A stretch of 64,000 nucleotides of DNA, taken from NCBI RefSeq assembly GCF_009914755.1, contig NC_060930.1, one strand, 5' to 3'. The DNA comes from the human T2T-CHM13v2.0 reference genome, Homo sapiens. The notes beneath the pieces are model-generated. The model was not told where the DNA came from. It saw nothing but the letters and a program-made list of their open reading frames with translations, and searched no databases. Each line of letters starts with the position of its first letter. Position 1 is the first letter of the stretch. Both the position numbers and the translations under genes were made by a program. Shown piece after piece: positions 1 through 16,041 of the stretch.

Positions 1-210
1 GGCTCCAGTGATCCTCCCACCTTGGCCTCCCACAGCTGGTAGCACAGGTGTGCACCACCATGCCCGGCTAATTTTTTTATTTTTGGTAGAGATGGGGTTT
101 TGCTATGTTGCCCAAGCTGGATTTGAATTCCTGAGCTCAAGCTATCCACCCACCTCAGCCTCCCAAAATGCTGGGATTACAGGCATGAGCCACTGTGAGT
201 CTGTGCCTTA
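1..210 (-). mobile_element. Alu (partial, cut by window edge)
   Basis: Antisense Alu motifs cctcccaaaatgctgggattacaggcatgagccactg. Confidence 0.85.
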
Positions 211-256
211 CAAGAATTAATTTTTTTATAATAGTTTAGATTTCTAGAAAAATTAA

Positions 257-1714
257 GCAGAGCAGGGCAGCACAGGGTCACCATGGTGGAGCTGCAGCAG
301 CTGCGGGTGCAGGAGGTGGTGGACTCCATGGTGAAGAGTCTGGAAAGGGAGAACATCTGGAAGACACAGGGTCTCATGTTCTGGTGCAGCGCCAGCTGTT
401 GTGAGGACAGCCAGGCATTCACCCAGCAGGTGCACCAGTGCATCGAGTGCTGCCCTGTGCCTCTGGCTCAAGTCCAGGCCTTGGTCACCAGTGAGTTGGA
501 GAAGTTCCAGGACCACCTGGCTCGGTGCACCATGCATTGCAATGACAAAGCCAAAGATTCAATAGATGCTGGGAGTAAGGAGCTTCAGGTGAAGCAGCAG
601 CTGGACGGTTGTGTGACCAAGTGTGTGGATGACCACATCCACCTCATCTCAACTATGACCAAGAAGATGAAGGAGGCTGTCTTATCCATTGGGAAATAAA
701 AGTCTTTGCCAGTGGCCAATGAGGGCAAGAATGTATTTTTTATAAGGAATTGGGAATTTTACTCTTTTAAGCAAAGTTTATGAATGAACAAATAAAGGAT
801 GGCCACAAGTGTAAGGCATACATCACTTACCTCTGGACACTGGTTCTTTTATGTTTCAGTCCTGAAAAGGGAAGTGGAAAAAAGTGTGCTAAATTGGGTC
901 AGAGATATTACGGGAGAGTTTTAGAGCTTATTCTTCCTGTGGCCAGTGCTTGTCCTGGAAGTAAGGATCTCCTCTGTAACAAGCCAGAGCCCTCCAACAT
1001 ACCAGACTCTTCTTACTACACAGGTACCAACAGGCTGGCAGGCTAGAGTTGATGGAGTTTGAGGAGAGATATTTTCTCTTTGTTGCCAACATCCTGTTTG
1101 CCACAAGTGTCACTGCACCGTTTTCCATAAGCTGTGAAACAAAATCCATGAGGTCACTAACTCAGAAGGGAAAAAAGTTTTCTGGGTCTTTTTTTTTTTT
1201 TTTTTGGTTTTGTGTAATTTACACAAGGGCATACAAGTTGATTTTAAGATGTGCAATTGGGACGGAGATAGTTTGGATAAGAGCTTCAAAAAGTTCCTTG
1301 TGGATCCCCATTTTTGATCATCAACATTTGGATGTGTATTTCTGAAAATTATCACATGTTGCATCTTTCAGCCTGGAGACCATGCAAACACATGAGAAGC
1401 GATGACACACTCATTATGGGAAGCAGAGCTTCCCTCTTACTGGCTGATGGGCCCTGAGGCTGTGTGTAGCAAAATGACAGGGCAATCTTGCAGTAACATT
1501 TTCGCCTTGAAGAGAAGGGGGTTTTGATTGGGATATGTACTGATATCAATGAATGAACAGTAAAAGAGGAGCAGTTGGCTGCTTGATTATAAGAGAGTTA
1601 TGAAGTACTGGGTTTGGAAAAACTTGCTTTTTATAGAATGGAATGGAATGAAAGCCTAAACCTAGCATTACTTAGCCCCCTGAATTAACAGAGCCCAATT
1701 GAGACAAACCCCTG
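257..1714 (+). pseudogene. FAM136BP: FAM136A processed retrocopy: intronless 138-codon ORF 283..699 plus ~1 kb 3'UTR-like sequence, no poly(A)
   Basis: ORF MVELQQLRVQEVVDSMVKSLERENI...KKMKEAVLSIGK matches FAM136A end to end, with CX3C motifs (CSASC, CIECC, CTMHC, CVTKC). It has no introns. 3' boundary approximate. Confidence 0.88.
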
Positions 1715-2365
1715 TTGCTACTATAAACGGAATTATTTCATAATTTATGTGACTTGTTCATTTCACATGTGTAGAAACACAGCAGATTTTTGTGTGTTGA
1801 TTTTGTATCCTACAATTTTTCTGAATTCATTTATTAGCCCTAGTAGTGTTCTTGTGGGTTCTTGGGGATTTCCTATATTAAGATCGTTTCATTTGGGAAT
1901 AAGGATAGGCTTACTTCTTCCTTTGAAATTTGGATGCCTTTTATTTCTTCTTGTTTAACTGCTGTAGATAGAACTTTCAGTACAATGTTGAATAGTAGTG
2001 GGTAAAGTAGACATCTTTGTCTTGTGTCTGATCTTAGGGAGAAAGATTTGAGTCATTCACCATGGAGTATGGTTTTAGAGTGGGTTCTTCTTAAATGCAG
2101 TTTATCACAGGTTCCCTTCTATTTATCACAATTCCCTTCTATTCCTAATTTTCTATGTGTTTTTATCATGAAAGGGTGCTGGATTTTGTCAAATGCCTTT
2201 TCTACATCTATTGAGATGATCATGTATTTGGGGTTTTTTTTTGTTTTCCTAATGTCATATCTTCCAATAATTGATTTTCTTATCTTGAACCACTCTCGCA
2301 TTCCTGGGCAAAATGTCACTTGCTCATGGTGTGTAATCCTTTTAATATATGTTGAATTTGGTTAA
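1715..2365 (-). mobile_element. Old L1 ORF2 (reverse transcriptase region) fragment
   Basis: Minus-strand peptide YMIISIDVEKAFDKIQHPFMIKT (ORF 2119..2319) is the L1 RT motif. Confidence 0.85.
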
Positions 2366-2413
2366 ATCTGCCAGACAATAACACTTTGTACTCAATACTA
2401 AGAAGTACTAATG

Positions 2414-2687
2414 GACCGGGCACAGTGGCTCACACCTGTAATCCCAGCACTCTGGGAGGCTGAGGAGGGCGGATCACAAGGTCAGGAGATCAAGATCATC
2501 CTGGTCAACATGGTGAAACCCTGTCTCTACTAAAAATACAAAAATTAGCTGGGCGTGGTGGTGGGCGCCTGTAATCCCAGCTACTCGGGAGGCTGCAGCA
2601 GGAGAATCGCTTGAACCAGGGAGTTGGAGGTTGCAGTGATCACGCCACTGCACTCCAGCCTGGCAACACAGCAAGACTCTGTCTCAG

Positions 2688-2724
<37 letters not shown>
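2414..2724 (+). mobile_element. AluS with ~38-nt pure poly(A)
   Basis: Dimeric Alu; flanks aagaagtactaatg / aagatgtactaatg form a TSD. Confidence 0.92.
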
Positions 2725-2726
<2 letters not shown>

Positions 2727-2884
2727 TGTACTAATGAAGATTTTACATTTATCAGCATAAAGAGACTGAAATAACTCTCTTATCTGTACTTAGGAGTTTT
2801 TGGAGTTAGTTGTATCTCTCTCTTTTTTTTTTTTTTTTTGGTAAACTGTGCCATTTTTCAGTAATCTGGTTTTAATTTCAGGTT

Positions 2885-3182
<298 letters not shown>

Positions 3183-3733
3183 AGTGATGGATCTTAGTGA
3201 GCTCGGAGCTACCTCCAGGGCAGGCAGTGAGCTTGGTCCCCAAGAGCAAACAAAAGTGTCAGAAGCAGTGATCCTGCTGGACTCCCTGTTCCTGCTGTCC
3301 CCTCTTGGGAAGCACAACAGGACTCCCGATGGCCTCCTCTTCAGGCAGGCAGAATGCTGAGCTGTGATCTTTGTCTCTGCGCCACACCATTTACCTGACT
3401 CATGGTAATGTGTATTGCACGAATATAAATAGAACCAACTGGTTATGAGAATTTTTGAAATTAAAAAACATTTGAAAGGAGTTTGGGGCAGAGAGTCTAT
3501 TTTTAAAATCTCTGCTTGTATCAGGCATTTTCTAGGTGTTTCACTGCTGTCCATAGGTTGGAGAGGGAATGAGAATTTGGGGGAAATCTTGGTATCTAGG
3601 AAGGAAAATACCTGTGGATCGTCTTAGACCACGCTCTCCATCTAGTTGCATGATGGTGGGGGCGGTGGGTAATGGGTGTGCGGTGGGTATGGGGGCATTG
3701 CCTGGATTTTCAGATTTGACTTTGTTTCTCCCA

Positions 3734-4138
3734 GTAGAAAAAGCACTTCCATGTGAAAAGTTCAGAGCCTGGACAAATCCAGAAAAGATCACTAAGTGAA
3801 GTTCAACTTTTCCTTTCCAGAGTGAAGCTGGCAAAGAGTTATGGCTTAGAGTCTTTTCTTTGAAGTTGAGGAATGACTGGTGGTTTTTGGAAGCCAAGGC
3901 CGACTTTTCTGGGATGTCAACTAGGAAGAATATGCCCTGGTTCCAGCTGACCCACATGTGCTTTGCAGAGGCCAGGGAGGAAGGCGCAGGGTAACTGTGG
4001 CCTGCACAGTGGTCAGGAGTGCCCTGGGCAGCAGAACAGAACAGAATAAAATTTTGCACAGACCACTCTTTCCTTTTCTTCATCAGGCACCACAAAACCA
4101 GCAGCATTTTATTCTAGGGAGGGCTCTCTTCTCATTGA
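3734..4138 (+). pseudogene. SERPINB8P1: SERPINB8-like unprocessed pseudogene fragment (terminal, RCL-encoding exon)
   Basis: Across frameshifts it reads VEKALPCEKFRAWTNPEKITK / EVQLFLSRVKLAKSYGLESFL* / EAKADFSGMSTRKNMP..EEG / VVRSALGSRTE / FCTDHSFLFFIRHHKTSSILF*GGLSSH*. This is colinear with the SERPINB8 C-terminus and follows a pyrimidine tract + ag. Confidence 0.85.
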
Positions 4139-4714
4139 GGTGCAGTCGCTCTTCATGCGCCCCCTCCCTTCTGCCTACTTTGCCCTCATTTAAATCTTGT
4201 GGGGCAAAAATCAATGTAGCACTTCCAGTAGCCAAATGCAGCATGAGCACCAGCTTTGAGGACAGCTGGCCTGAGCATAACACAGCTGCTGGGAATGGCT
4301 GAGGCAGAGATAGGTGTAGTTTGGGCCAAGGAGGCTATGCGGGTTTTGGGGCACTGGGGAGCCCTGAGTGGCACTGCCCTCGCCTGCATACCCTGGAACG
4401 ACCTGTTTCTGTCCCAGGCTGTGCCTGTTCTTTGTGGATGTCTGCAGGAGCTTCTTGGGGATTCAAGGACCAGCCCCTGATATGCCCCTGTATCCTGGGA
4501 TCTTTTCAGAGCTCTCCCCCAGCCCCACCATCAATTCCATGCCGCCATGCTCACCAGGAAATGCCAGTGTTCAGGCCCCCTGGATTGCAAAGCCAGAGAT
4601 CTTGATGTGTTCACCCTGCAGCCACCCAGGGCCGTTGAGACTCCTAGACAGTTGAGATAAAGTGACTCTCCCTCCCTTACTGTCACACAGACACCTACAT
4701 ATCCCACCCTCATG

Positions 4715-5300
4715 GAGTCCTTTGTGAAAACAATCCCAATTCATGAACAAGGCATCTTTCTCCATTTGTTAAAGTCTTTTTAAATTTATCTCAGTATTGT
4801 TTTGCAGTTTTCAGTATATAGATATGTATTTTACATCTTTTGTAAGACTTATACATAAGTACATATTATTTTGGATGTTTATAAATGATACTGTCTACTG
4901 ATTTCAATTTGATTATTTGTTGTTAGTATATAGAAATACAACTGGTTTTTGTATTTCAACCTTGATAACTTGCTACAGTCACTTATTTTAGTAGCCTTTT
5001 GTAGATGCCATTGCATTTTCTACATAGACAATTATATCTCTTGTTACTAATGACAACATTTCTTCTTCCTTTCCAATCTGTTCTTTTTCTTGGCTTACTG
5101 CACTGAGTAGAACCTACAGCAAAGGGCATTTTGTCATCGGTAAGTATGATATTAGCTATAGGTTTTCCACAGATGCTCTTTATCAAGTTGAAAAAGTTCT
5201 CTTATTTCTAGTTTGCTAAGAGTTTTTATCAGAAATGGATGTAGGATTTTGTCAAATGCTTTCTTTGTATCTTTGAGATGATCATATTTTTGTTTAGATT
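4715..5300 (-). mobile_element. Old L1 ORF2 fragment
   Basis: Antisense L1 RT-region sequence (ggattttgtcaaatgctttct...gagatgatcat; minus peptide KPIANIIL). Confidence 0.75.
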
Positions 5301-5307
5301 GTTAATA

Positions 5308-5470
5308 CCGTGGCATGGTGGCACATGCCTGTAGTCCCAGCTACTCAGGAGTTTGAGGCAGGAGGATCACTTGAGCCCAGGAGTTGGAGGCTGCAGTGTA
5401 CTATAATCATGCCTGTAAACAGCCACTACACTCCAGCCTGGAAAACACAGGGAGAACTCAACTTGAAAGA
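5308..5470 (+). mobile_element. Alu monomer / partial Alu
   Basis: catggtggcacatgcctgtagtcccagctactc...cactccagcctgg. Confidence 0.75.
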
Positions 5471-5477
5471 TAAATAG

Positions 5478-5795
<318 letters not shown>

Positions 5796-8399
5796 GGTTA
5801 AGGTTTTTATATTCGGTGTATTTTTATAACAATAAAAATATTGGGGGAAGAAAATAGACAACTTAGAGAGTGTAACTAGGGGTTAATGTGAAGACGCTAC
5901 ATGATCCGTGTTGTGCACAAACAACAATTTTAACCTATCAATGTGTCTTTACAGCAAAACAAAAAGAGCAGAGACACATAGTGGTGCTTATCCGCGAAAC
6001 TAAAATCTGGAGCAGGGCCTGACTGAGCATCTTCCAGGGCCCACTCCTTATCTCCAGCTGTGCAGGAGCACAGGCACAGGGCTGGGGTCTGCAGAATACT
6101 GCCAGAAGTGAGGTGGGTGCTGAGGAGTGGGCTCCACCCAGGCCAGGTGTCCTGCGGACATAAAGGAAAAGAGCGTAACTGTGGCTCAAGCTGAGTTGGG
6201 GGCAAATATGGGGTTTAACAGAGTGGGGCACTGTCACTCCCCAAGAGGAGGCAGACAGCTCTGATCACTCCAAACACCCAAAGGTGACTTCGAATCCTTC
6301 CCCATTCGCTTGACTTCACTGGACAGCTGGGAACCTGCATCTTTGGTGACTGAATATCCCCACTCTGGTTCCCCAAGGACAGACCCTGAATTGATTCCAG
6401 GAATCCACGTGTACAGGTAAGCACTACATTTCCTAGGCTGCCTTGCAGTTGAGATGGCCAGTGAGGTGTCAGCAGAAGTCACAGGCGGGGCTTCCAGAAA
6501 ATACCCTCAAGAAGCGAACTCAGCTGGGGCTGGGAGGTGTGGGAGCTAGCTCCCTCTGGCTTTGTCGCTGGCTCTCTTCCCAGCTGGACTGTGGGATGAT
6601 GTTAGGGCTCAGTCAGCCCTCTTGTCGTCCTGGGGATGGAGGCTATGCACCAAGGGCAGGGAGCAGAAATACCAAAGGAACCTGGATTCCCGGGGCTCTC
6701 TTGGGGCTGCAAGATGGTGGTGGATTGGCAACTGCAGATATTTGTGTTTATGTATTTTCCATGCAGAAACATCTACAATGGCACTGAGTCTGTAGCGAGG
6801 GCCATGCACTGTCTGTCTGAAAGTGCATAAGGGCTCCAGGCACAGGCTTTGTGTCCAAGTACCTTGCTGTGTTTAAGGTACATCACAGCACCGGAGAATG
6901 TGGGAGAGGTCACATTCATCCCTTCAAAGCGCAGGGAGGTTCCTATTCTGACACCAGCAACACTTACAAGAATGAACCTAAAGCTGGGCAGTGAGGAAGG
7001 AAAGGAAAAAGAAAGTTTATGAATACAGGTAGTATTGTTTGAACCGGTAAGTTGCACTATAAATCACAATAAAAGATAGTCTGTATATCACTAAAACAGA
7101 AGAGTTGGCCGCCCTGAGGATGAGGCCTTTGGGTCTCCAGGCATTTGCCAGCTCTCCTAGCCTAGGGGCAGGGGCACCTGCACAGCCCTCTGCTTTTCCT
7201 AGAATTCTCAGCAGCGAGCATGTGTCAGGGAGAGACATGGTTGTCTTAGCACTGACGCTGAAATCCTGGATGTTCTTGGGAGGGCAGTGATTGTGAAGAA
7301 CAAGCTACTAGTCTAGTCCCTGGAGGTCACTCCTTAAAGCCTCCCGATGAGGCAAGTTTACAGGATCCATGCTCCCTGAGCCAGCAGTGACACCCACACT
7401 TGGCAGTGAGAAGTGGGGCTGTAACTTACAGGGTGAGCCAAAATGGGATTTATCTTAAAGGAAATTTAAGGGATCTTAAAGGAAAAAGAGAGGAGAGTGA
7501 ATGACCTCATCATTAGCTGGGAGGCTCTGCAGTGCCCTGGTAGACAGTCACTGCCTGGAGGTGACTTTGTAGAAAGCAAACTTTGGCTGTCACAGCGCAT
7601 AGGGAGGCCTGGGAAAGCCCAGGGAAGCAGGAGTCTGGTCGGTGAGGCCGAGGAGGAGGGCCCTTCTCCTGACCCCACGGGCGTGGCTTGGCCAGGCAGC
7701 TCAGGACTTGCTTCTCCCCACGGCTTGGCCCCCTTCTCAGGTCGCTCTCAATCTATGGGGAACCTAGAGGGAAGGAGGCTGCCCATGGCGCACACCGTGG
7801 AGGGACCCTGAGGACAGCGGAGAGCAGGTCTAAGGTGAGGCAGGTGCTCTCAGGTTAAAGATAGGGGAAGAATCTGAAGCACTATTGCAGACGGGCCCCC
7901 AGGAGGGTTAAAGGTCAAGGTGGAGGCGAAACTAAGATTGGAAGGTGAGTATGCAGCCCAGAGTCATGGAGGTTCCAGAGCGGGTGATGGTTTCTGAGAA
8001 GCTCCAGGCTCTTCACGAGTTCTTTGAAAGCCGCTGGCGTTGACTCCATTACTAGCAATGAGTGGGACACATTTCCTAACCCATACACACGTTTGTTCAG
8101 CTGGACCCCTCCTGGCAGGAGGGCTCATCTCTGGGCAGGTGCTGGGGCCACAAGACAGATACGAATGGAACTTTGTACTCTTCGGGGACGGTACGGGGGG
8201 CGGGCAAGAAACAATAAACAAGCCGGCAAAGAAAGCGCCACAAAATTCCAGGTGGCGGTAAGTACCAAAAACTATGGTACCTAATAGTGATAAGCAAATA
8301 AAGTACTCTAGCGGATCAAACAGCAGGGGAATGTTTGCTATTTTAGATAAGTGGTACCGGAAGGTGTCTCATTGCAGGGACAGTGAATGGTGACCTAGA

Positions 8400-8884
8400 A
8401 CCTCCGGGGAGGCTGCAGGAGGGAACTGCCTCTCCCAAGTCCCTCGGTCTCCGGTAGGAGATCACTCACCCTCCAGCCAGCGCCGGCCGGGGTAGGAGCC
8501 GCAGGTCTGGGACCAGCGCCTCTGCGAGGACAGCTCTCTGAGTTGCGCCAGGTTCCAGCTACAGGGCCACGTCCCGCAGACCAGGAGCGCTGCGGCTCCG
8601 CCCTGGGGGACCAGGTACCCGCACAACCCAAGCAGCCTGGGACCAGGCCCGCGGGACTGCAGGCTTGTTTCCGCAGCGCGCCCGCCACACACAGGCCCCG
8701 CCCACGCCGAGGCCGCACCCCGCCTCTCAGCCCCGCCCACACCCCGCCTCCGGCTCCAAGCTCCGCCCACGCCACGCCACGCCACCGCAGTCCGCCTCCG
8801 GGCTCGTCTAGCCCTTCAGGGCTGGGGAGGACCCTGCTGGGTTTCGAGGAGGTGGAAACTGGACCCACAGGAATGGAGCGCGGA
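8400..8884. promoter_or_regulatory. Orphan CpG island with clustered GC boxes (candidate promoter/enhancer)
   Basis: High CpG density; repeated ccccgccc/ccgccc at ~8695-8770; minus-strand donor GAGG|GTGAGT at 8469. Confidence 0.6.
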
Positions 8885-9177
<293 letters not shown>

Positions 9178-9587
9178 GGAGTGCTGGGACTCTGTGCGGG
9201 GAGGAGGGACGCTCCTGCTCTATGCCAACCCCCGCCCCATCCCTGGCAGATATCCAGGTTACAGAATGAGAGTCTGTAGTGCGACAAAAAGAATGAGCCA
9301 CTGGTACTCCACACCCATCAGCCTGCTGGATCTCCCGGGGAGTTACGCTGGTGAGCGAAACCAATCCCAAAGATCACAGACGGGGGATCAATTTCTCCAA
9401 AGGACAGAGGAGAGAAATGCAGGACTCATTAGCTGTGCCCAGGAGTTAGGGAGGCGGCGGGTGTGTGGCTATAAAAACGCAACCCGGGGGGTGCCTGTGA
9501 AGGAAATCTGCGTCCCGCAGAACGCAACACGCCGTTGGGATACTGGACCGTCCTTTGTGAGATGCCACCATTGGGGGAAACCGGATA

Positions 9588-9700
9588 TGCATGGCTCCAA
9601 GGAAAAAGTTCGATTAAAGGAAAGTGGTTTAAGGACAAGGAAATGGCTAGAAAATGGAAAGTCTTGGAAACAGAGCCAGTTGGGGGTTGGGAGGGCGGTG
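9588..9700. repeat. 113-bp direct repeat, copy 1 (long target duplication)
   Basis: tgcatggctccaa...gggagggcggtg recurs at 10415..10527 with one mismatch. Confidence 0.95.
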
Positions 9701-10050
9701 GGGGGAAAAGCAAGATAGATCAGATTGTTACTGTGTCTGTGTAGAAAGAAGTAGACATAGGAGACTCCATTTTGTGCTGTACTAAGAAAAATTCTTCTGC
9801 CTTGAGATTCTGTTAATCTATGACGTTACCCCCAACCCCGTGCTCTCTGAAACATGTGCGTGTCAAACTCAGGGTTAAATGGATTAAGGGCGGTGCAAGA
9901 TGTGCTTTGTTAAACAAATGCTTGAAGGCAGCATGCTCCTTAAGAGTCATCACCACTCCCTCATCTCAAGTACCCAGGGACGCAAACACTGTGGAAGGCC
10001 GCAGGGTCCTCTGCCTAGGAAAGCCAGGTATTGTCCAAGGTTTCTCCCCA
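9699..10050 (+). mobile_element. HERV-K(HML-2) LTR5 (LTR5_Hs-like), 5' ~350 bp of U3 only
   Basis: ggggaaaagcaagatagatcagattgttactgtgtctgtgtagaaagaagtagacatagg...ggtattgtccaaggtttctcccca matches the LTR5 start. Confidence 0.92.
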
Positions 10051-10527
<477 letters not shown>

Positions 10528-10927
10528 CTGGTGAACAGTTTAGGCCGATTGTCTTTTTTTCTAGTGTTTGCTGGCTTCTGCCCCCTCATTTGGCAGTCAC
10601 CTGCCACTGTGACCTCCCCAAGACCCCTCTCCAAACTCTATACCTTGATTTCTGGTGTCCCGGAAATAGAGACCAGAAACACTGATGTCCCACTCCAACG
10701 ATAGAGCAGAAGGAAGGAAGGTTTCCCCTGTGGTTTAGAACGTTCCTAACGAAAATAACTGCAACTCTTGATTGCACCTCCTGAGGGTCGTTGGGACTTT
10801 CCCTCTCAGACATTTATTGGTTCATTCATTCGTTCATTTTGCTGTAACTCACAGTGGCCCCCATCCTAAGGTGCACTGCTGGGATTGGTCTATGTGCTGA
10901 TGATGTTCTCCTTGTCTTCAGAGGTGA

Positions 10928-11542
<615 letters not shown>

Positions 11543-12079
11543 GTTCCCTGGGTCTTTTGAGTGGTGTGAGTTGAATGGTGGTAGATTCTAGGACAGTTCA
11601 GTAGGAGCCCGTCCTCAAAAGGAAAATAACAGAACTTCCTGCTAATCTGGTATTGGGGCTGAGCAATTACTGCACACTGATGAGATTGACCATAATTGCA
11701 TCCTGAGTTTGAAGAGGAGGTCACGCTACTAAGACGAGATAAAATCAGCTCCAACGACAAACATCATCTCTGGGGGTTTCCAGATTCTCAATTTTCATTT
11801 AATCCCCAGCCTTAGTGGAAAGCAAGAGTCGGAGTCGGCATTCTGGGCAGGGAGGCAGGTGAGGCAGGTACACATCTCCTCTTCTCCCCAACGCCCCATG
11901 TTTCTATTTCTGAATAAAATGAACCATCATGGTGCTAAGGTAAAGCTAAACTAGCTGAGCCACCTCCTGAAGAGGACATTGCTTTTTTTTATTTGATGAG
12001 ATTTCTTTCCCTTCTGTTACCAGCATCTCCATCCCTTTGGGAAACTGACTCTTAATAACAGAGTTTTTTGTACTTTTAA

Positions 12080-13350
12080 ACTTTGTTTTTGTGTAGTCAA
12101 ATATGTACAACATAAGATATGCTGTTTTATCCATTTTTAAGTGGACAGTTCAGAAGCATTAATTACATCGACTATGTTGTGCAACCTTTCCTGCTATTTA
12201 TTTCCAAAACATTTTTCAACAGAACAAATAAAAACACGGTACTCATTGTAAAATAACTTCCCATTCCCCCCTCCTTTCATTACCGGTAGCCTCTAATCTA
12301 CTTTCTGTCTCTATGATTTGTCTGTCCCATGTACTTCGTATAAGTGGAATCCTACAAAATGGGCCTTTACAGTCAGCTTATTTCCCTTGAAAACCTTGTT
12401 GGCAAGTTTCATCAATGTTGTAATATGAGTCAGAATTTCACTTCTTTGTGGCCGAATATTAAAAATGCACGGGTCGTTTGAGATTTGTGAATAATGCACC
12501 AATGATTCTTGGCATATATGTATCTGTGTGACTCCCTGCGCTTAATACTGTGGGTATCTACCGAGGAATGGAATTGTTATAACAATTCTATCGTCATCCT
12601 ATGTTTAGCTTTTTGAGGAATAGCCAAAATGTATTTCGCAGTGTCTGTGCAATTTTACATTCCCACCAACAATGTATGAGGGTTCCAATTTCTCCATATT
12701 TTCACCAGCATTTATTATGTTGCTTTTTTTCCCCTAAATTATAGCCATCCTAGCAGATGTGATGTGGTATTTCATTGGGTTTTTGATTTGCATTTCCCTA
12801 ATGACTAATGACTTGAATCGTCTTTTCATGCATTTACTGGCCATTTGTATACCTTCCTTGGAGAAATGTCTATCCAAGTCCTTTGCTTATACTTTAATTG
12901 GATTGTTTGCCTATTCATTGTTGAGTTGTAGAAGTTCTTTATATTCTGAATTTATCAGCTATATGATTTGCAAAAATGTTCCTTCACTCTGTAGGTTGTC
13001 TTTCTTGATAATATCCTTTGATACACAAAATTTCAGATTTTAATGAAGATTACTCCCAGTGGATTTTGTTTCTTTTTGTTTTTTCATTGTTGTTTTGCAA
13101 GAGATTTTGCTATCATATCTAAGAGCCTATTACCAAACCCAAAATTATGAAGATTTGCTTCTATGTTTTCTCCTAAGAATTTTATGATTTTAGTTTTTAT
13201 ATTTAGTTCATTGCTTGTGAGGGTTTTTTTAATACGGTGTGAAGCAGGGTCTAACTTTACTCTTGCATGTGGAAATACAGTCCTTCCATATCATCTGTTG
13301 AAGACTATTCTTCCCTGAATTGAATACTGCTTGGCACCCTTGGCCATAGA
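12080..13350 (-). mobile_element. L1M (MA/MB-type) 3' portion
   Basis: Antisense L1 3'UTR/ORF2 end: ttttacattcccaccaacaatgtatgagggttcc, ttggagaaatgtctatccaagtcc. Confidence 0.8.
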
Positions 13351-14837
13351 CATATGAGTTTATTGAGGATCCCTTGTACATGTCTTGCTGCTTTTATGAT
13401 TTTCTCTTTGTCTTATACAGACATCCCTCATTTCATTGCATTTTGCTTTAGCGCAATTCAAAGATATTGTGTTTTTCACATATTGAAGGTCTGTGGCAAC
13501 TGTGTCAAGCAGGATTTTGGGACCATTTTTCCAACAGCATGTGCTCATTTCTTGTCTCTGTGTTACGTTTTGGTAATTCTCACAATATTTCAGACATTGT
13601 CATTATTATTACATCTGTTACAGTGATCCGGGATGTTACTACTATAATTGTTTTGGGGTGCCACAAACTAAACCCATATACGTTGACAAACTTAATGGAT
13701 AAATGTTGTGTGTGTTCTGACTGCTCCAGTGAGCAGTCATTTCCCATCTCTCTCCCTCTCCCAAATTCTTTGAGACAACACAACAATATTTAAATTAGGG
13801 TAGTGAAGAACCAACCCTATAATGACCTTTAAATCTTCAAATAAAAGGAAGAGTTGCATGCCTGTCACTTTAAATCAAAAGTGAAAGACGATTAAAGTTA
13901 GGAAGACATGTCAAAAGCCAAGATAAGCCATAAGCAAGACCTCTTGCACCAAACAAGCTGCCAAGTTGTGAATGAAAGAAAAAGTTATTGAAGGAAATTA
14001 AAAGTGCTGCTTTAGTGAACACATGAATGATAAGTAAAACAGCCTTATTGCTGACATGGGGAAAATTTAAGTGGTCTGTATAGATCAAACCAGCCACAGA
14101 ACTCCCTTCAGCCAAAGCCGAATCCAGAGCAAGGCCCCAACTCTCTTCAATCCTATGCAGGATGAGAGAAGTGAGGAAATTGCAGAAGAAAAGTTGGAAG
14201 CTAGCAGAGGTTGGTTCTTGGTTCATGAGGTTTAAGGGAAGAAGGCATCTCTGTAACATAAAAGTGCAATGTGAAGCAGGAAGTGCTGATGGAGAAGCTG
14301 CACCAAGTTATCCAGAAGATCTAGCTAAGATCATTGATGAAGGTGGCTACACTAAACAGATTTTCAATGTAGATAAAACAGCCTTCTATTGGAAGAAGAT
14401 GCCACCTAGGACTTCCATAGCTAGAGAGGAAAAGTCAATGCCTGGCTTCAAAGCTTCAAAGGATAGGCTGACTCTGTTGTTAGGGGCTAATGCAGTTGGT
14501 GACTTTAAGTTGAGACCAATGCTCATTTACCATACTGAAAATCTTAGGGCTTTAAGAATTATGCTAAACCTACTCTGCCTGTGCTCTCAGTGGAACCACC
14601 AAGCCTGGGTGACAGCATGTCTCTTTACAGCATAGGTTACTGAGTATTTTAAGTCCACTGTTGAGACTCACTGTTCAGAAAAAAAGATTCCTTTCAAAAT
14701 ATTACTGCTCATTGACAATGCACCTGATTACCCAAGAGCTCTGACGGAGACGTACAAGGAGATGAATGCTGTTTTCATGCCTGCTAACACAACGTCCATT
14801 CTACAGCCCATGGATCAAGGAGTAAATTCAACTTTCA

Positions 14838-15231
<394 letters not shown>

Positions 15232-15507
15232 CTATTAGCTGCCAGATATAGTGATTCCTCTGGTGGATCTGGGCAAAATAAATTGATAAATTGCTAGAAA
15301 GGTTCTCACCACTCTTGATGCCATTAAGAACATTTGTGATGCGTGGAAGGAGGTCAAAATGTCAACATTAACAGGAGTTTGGAAGAAATTAATTCCAACG
15401 CTCATGGAAGACTTTAGGGAAGGAAGTAGCTGCAGATATGGTGGAAATAGAACAGAACTAGAATTAGAAATGGAACCTGAAGATGTCACAGAATTGCTGC
15501 AACCTCA

Positions 15508-16041
<534 letters not shown>

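Noticed and set aside
3200-3415. Possible penultimate SERPINB8-like exon ending at catg|gtaatg
   Set aside because: I could not recover a convincing serpin translation by eye.
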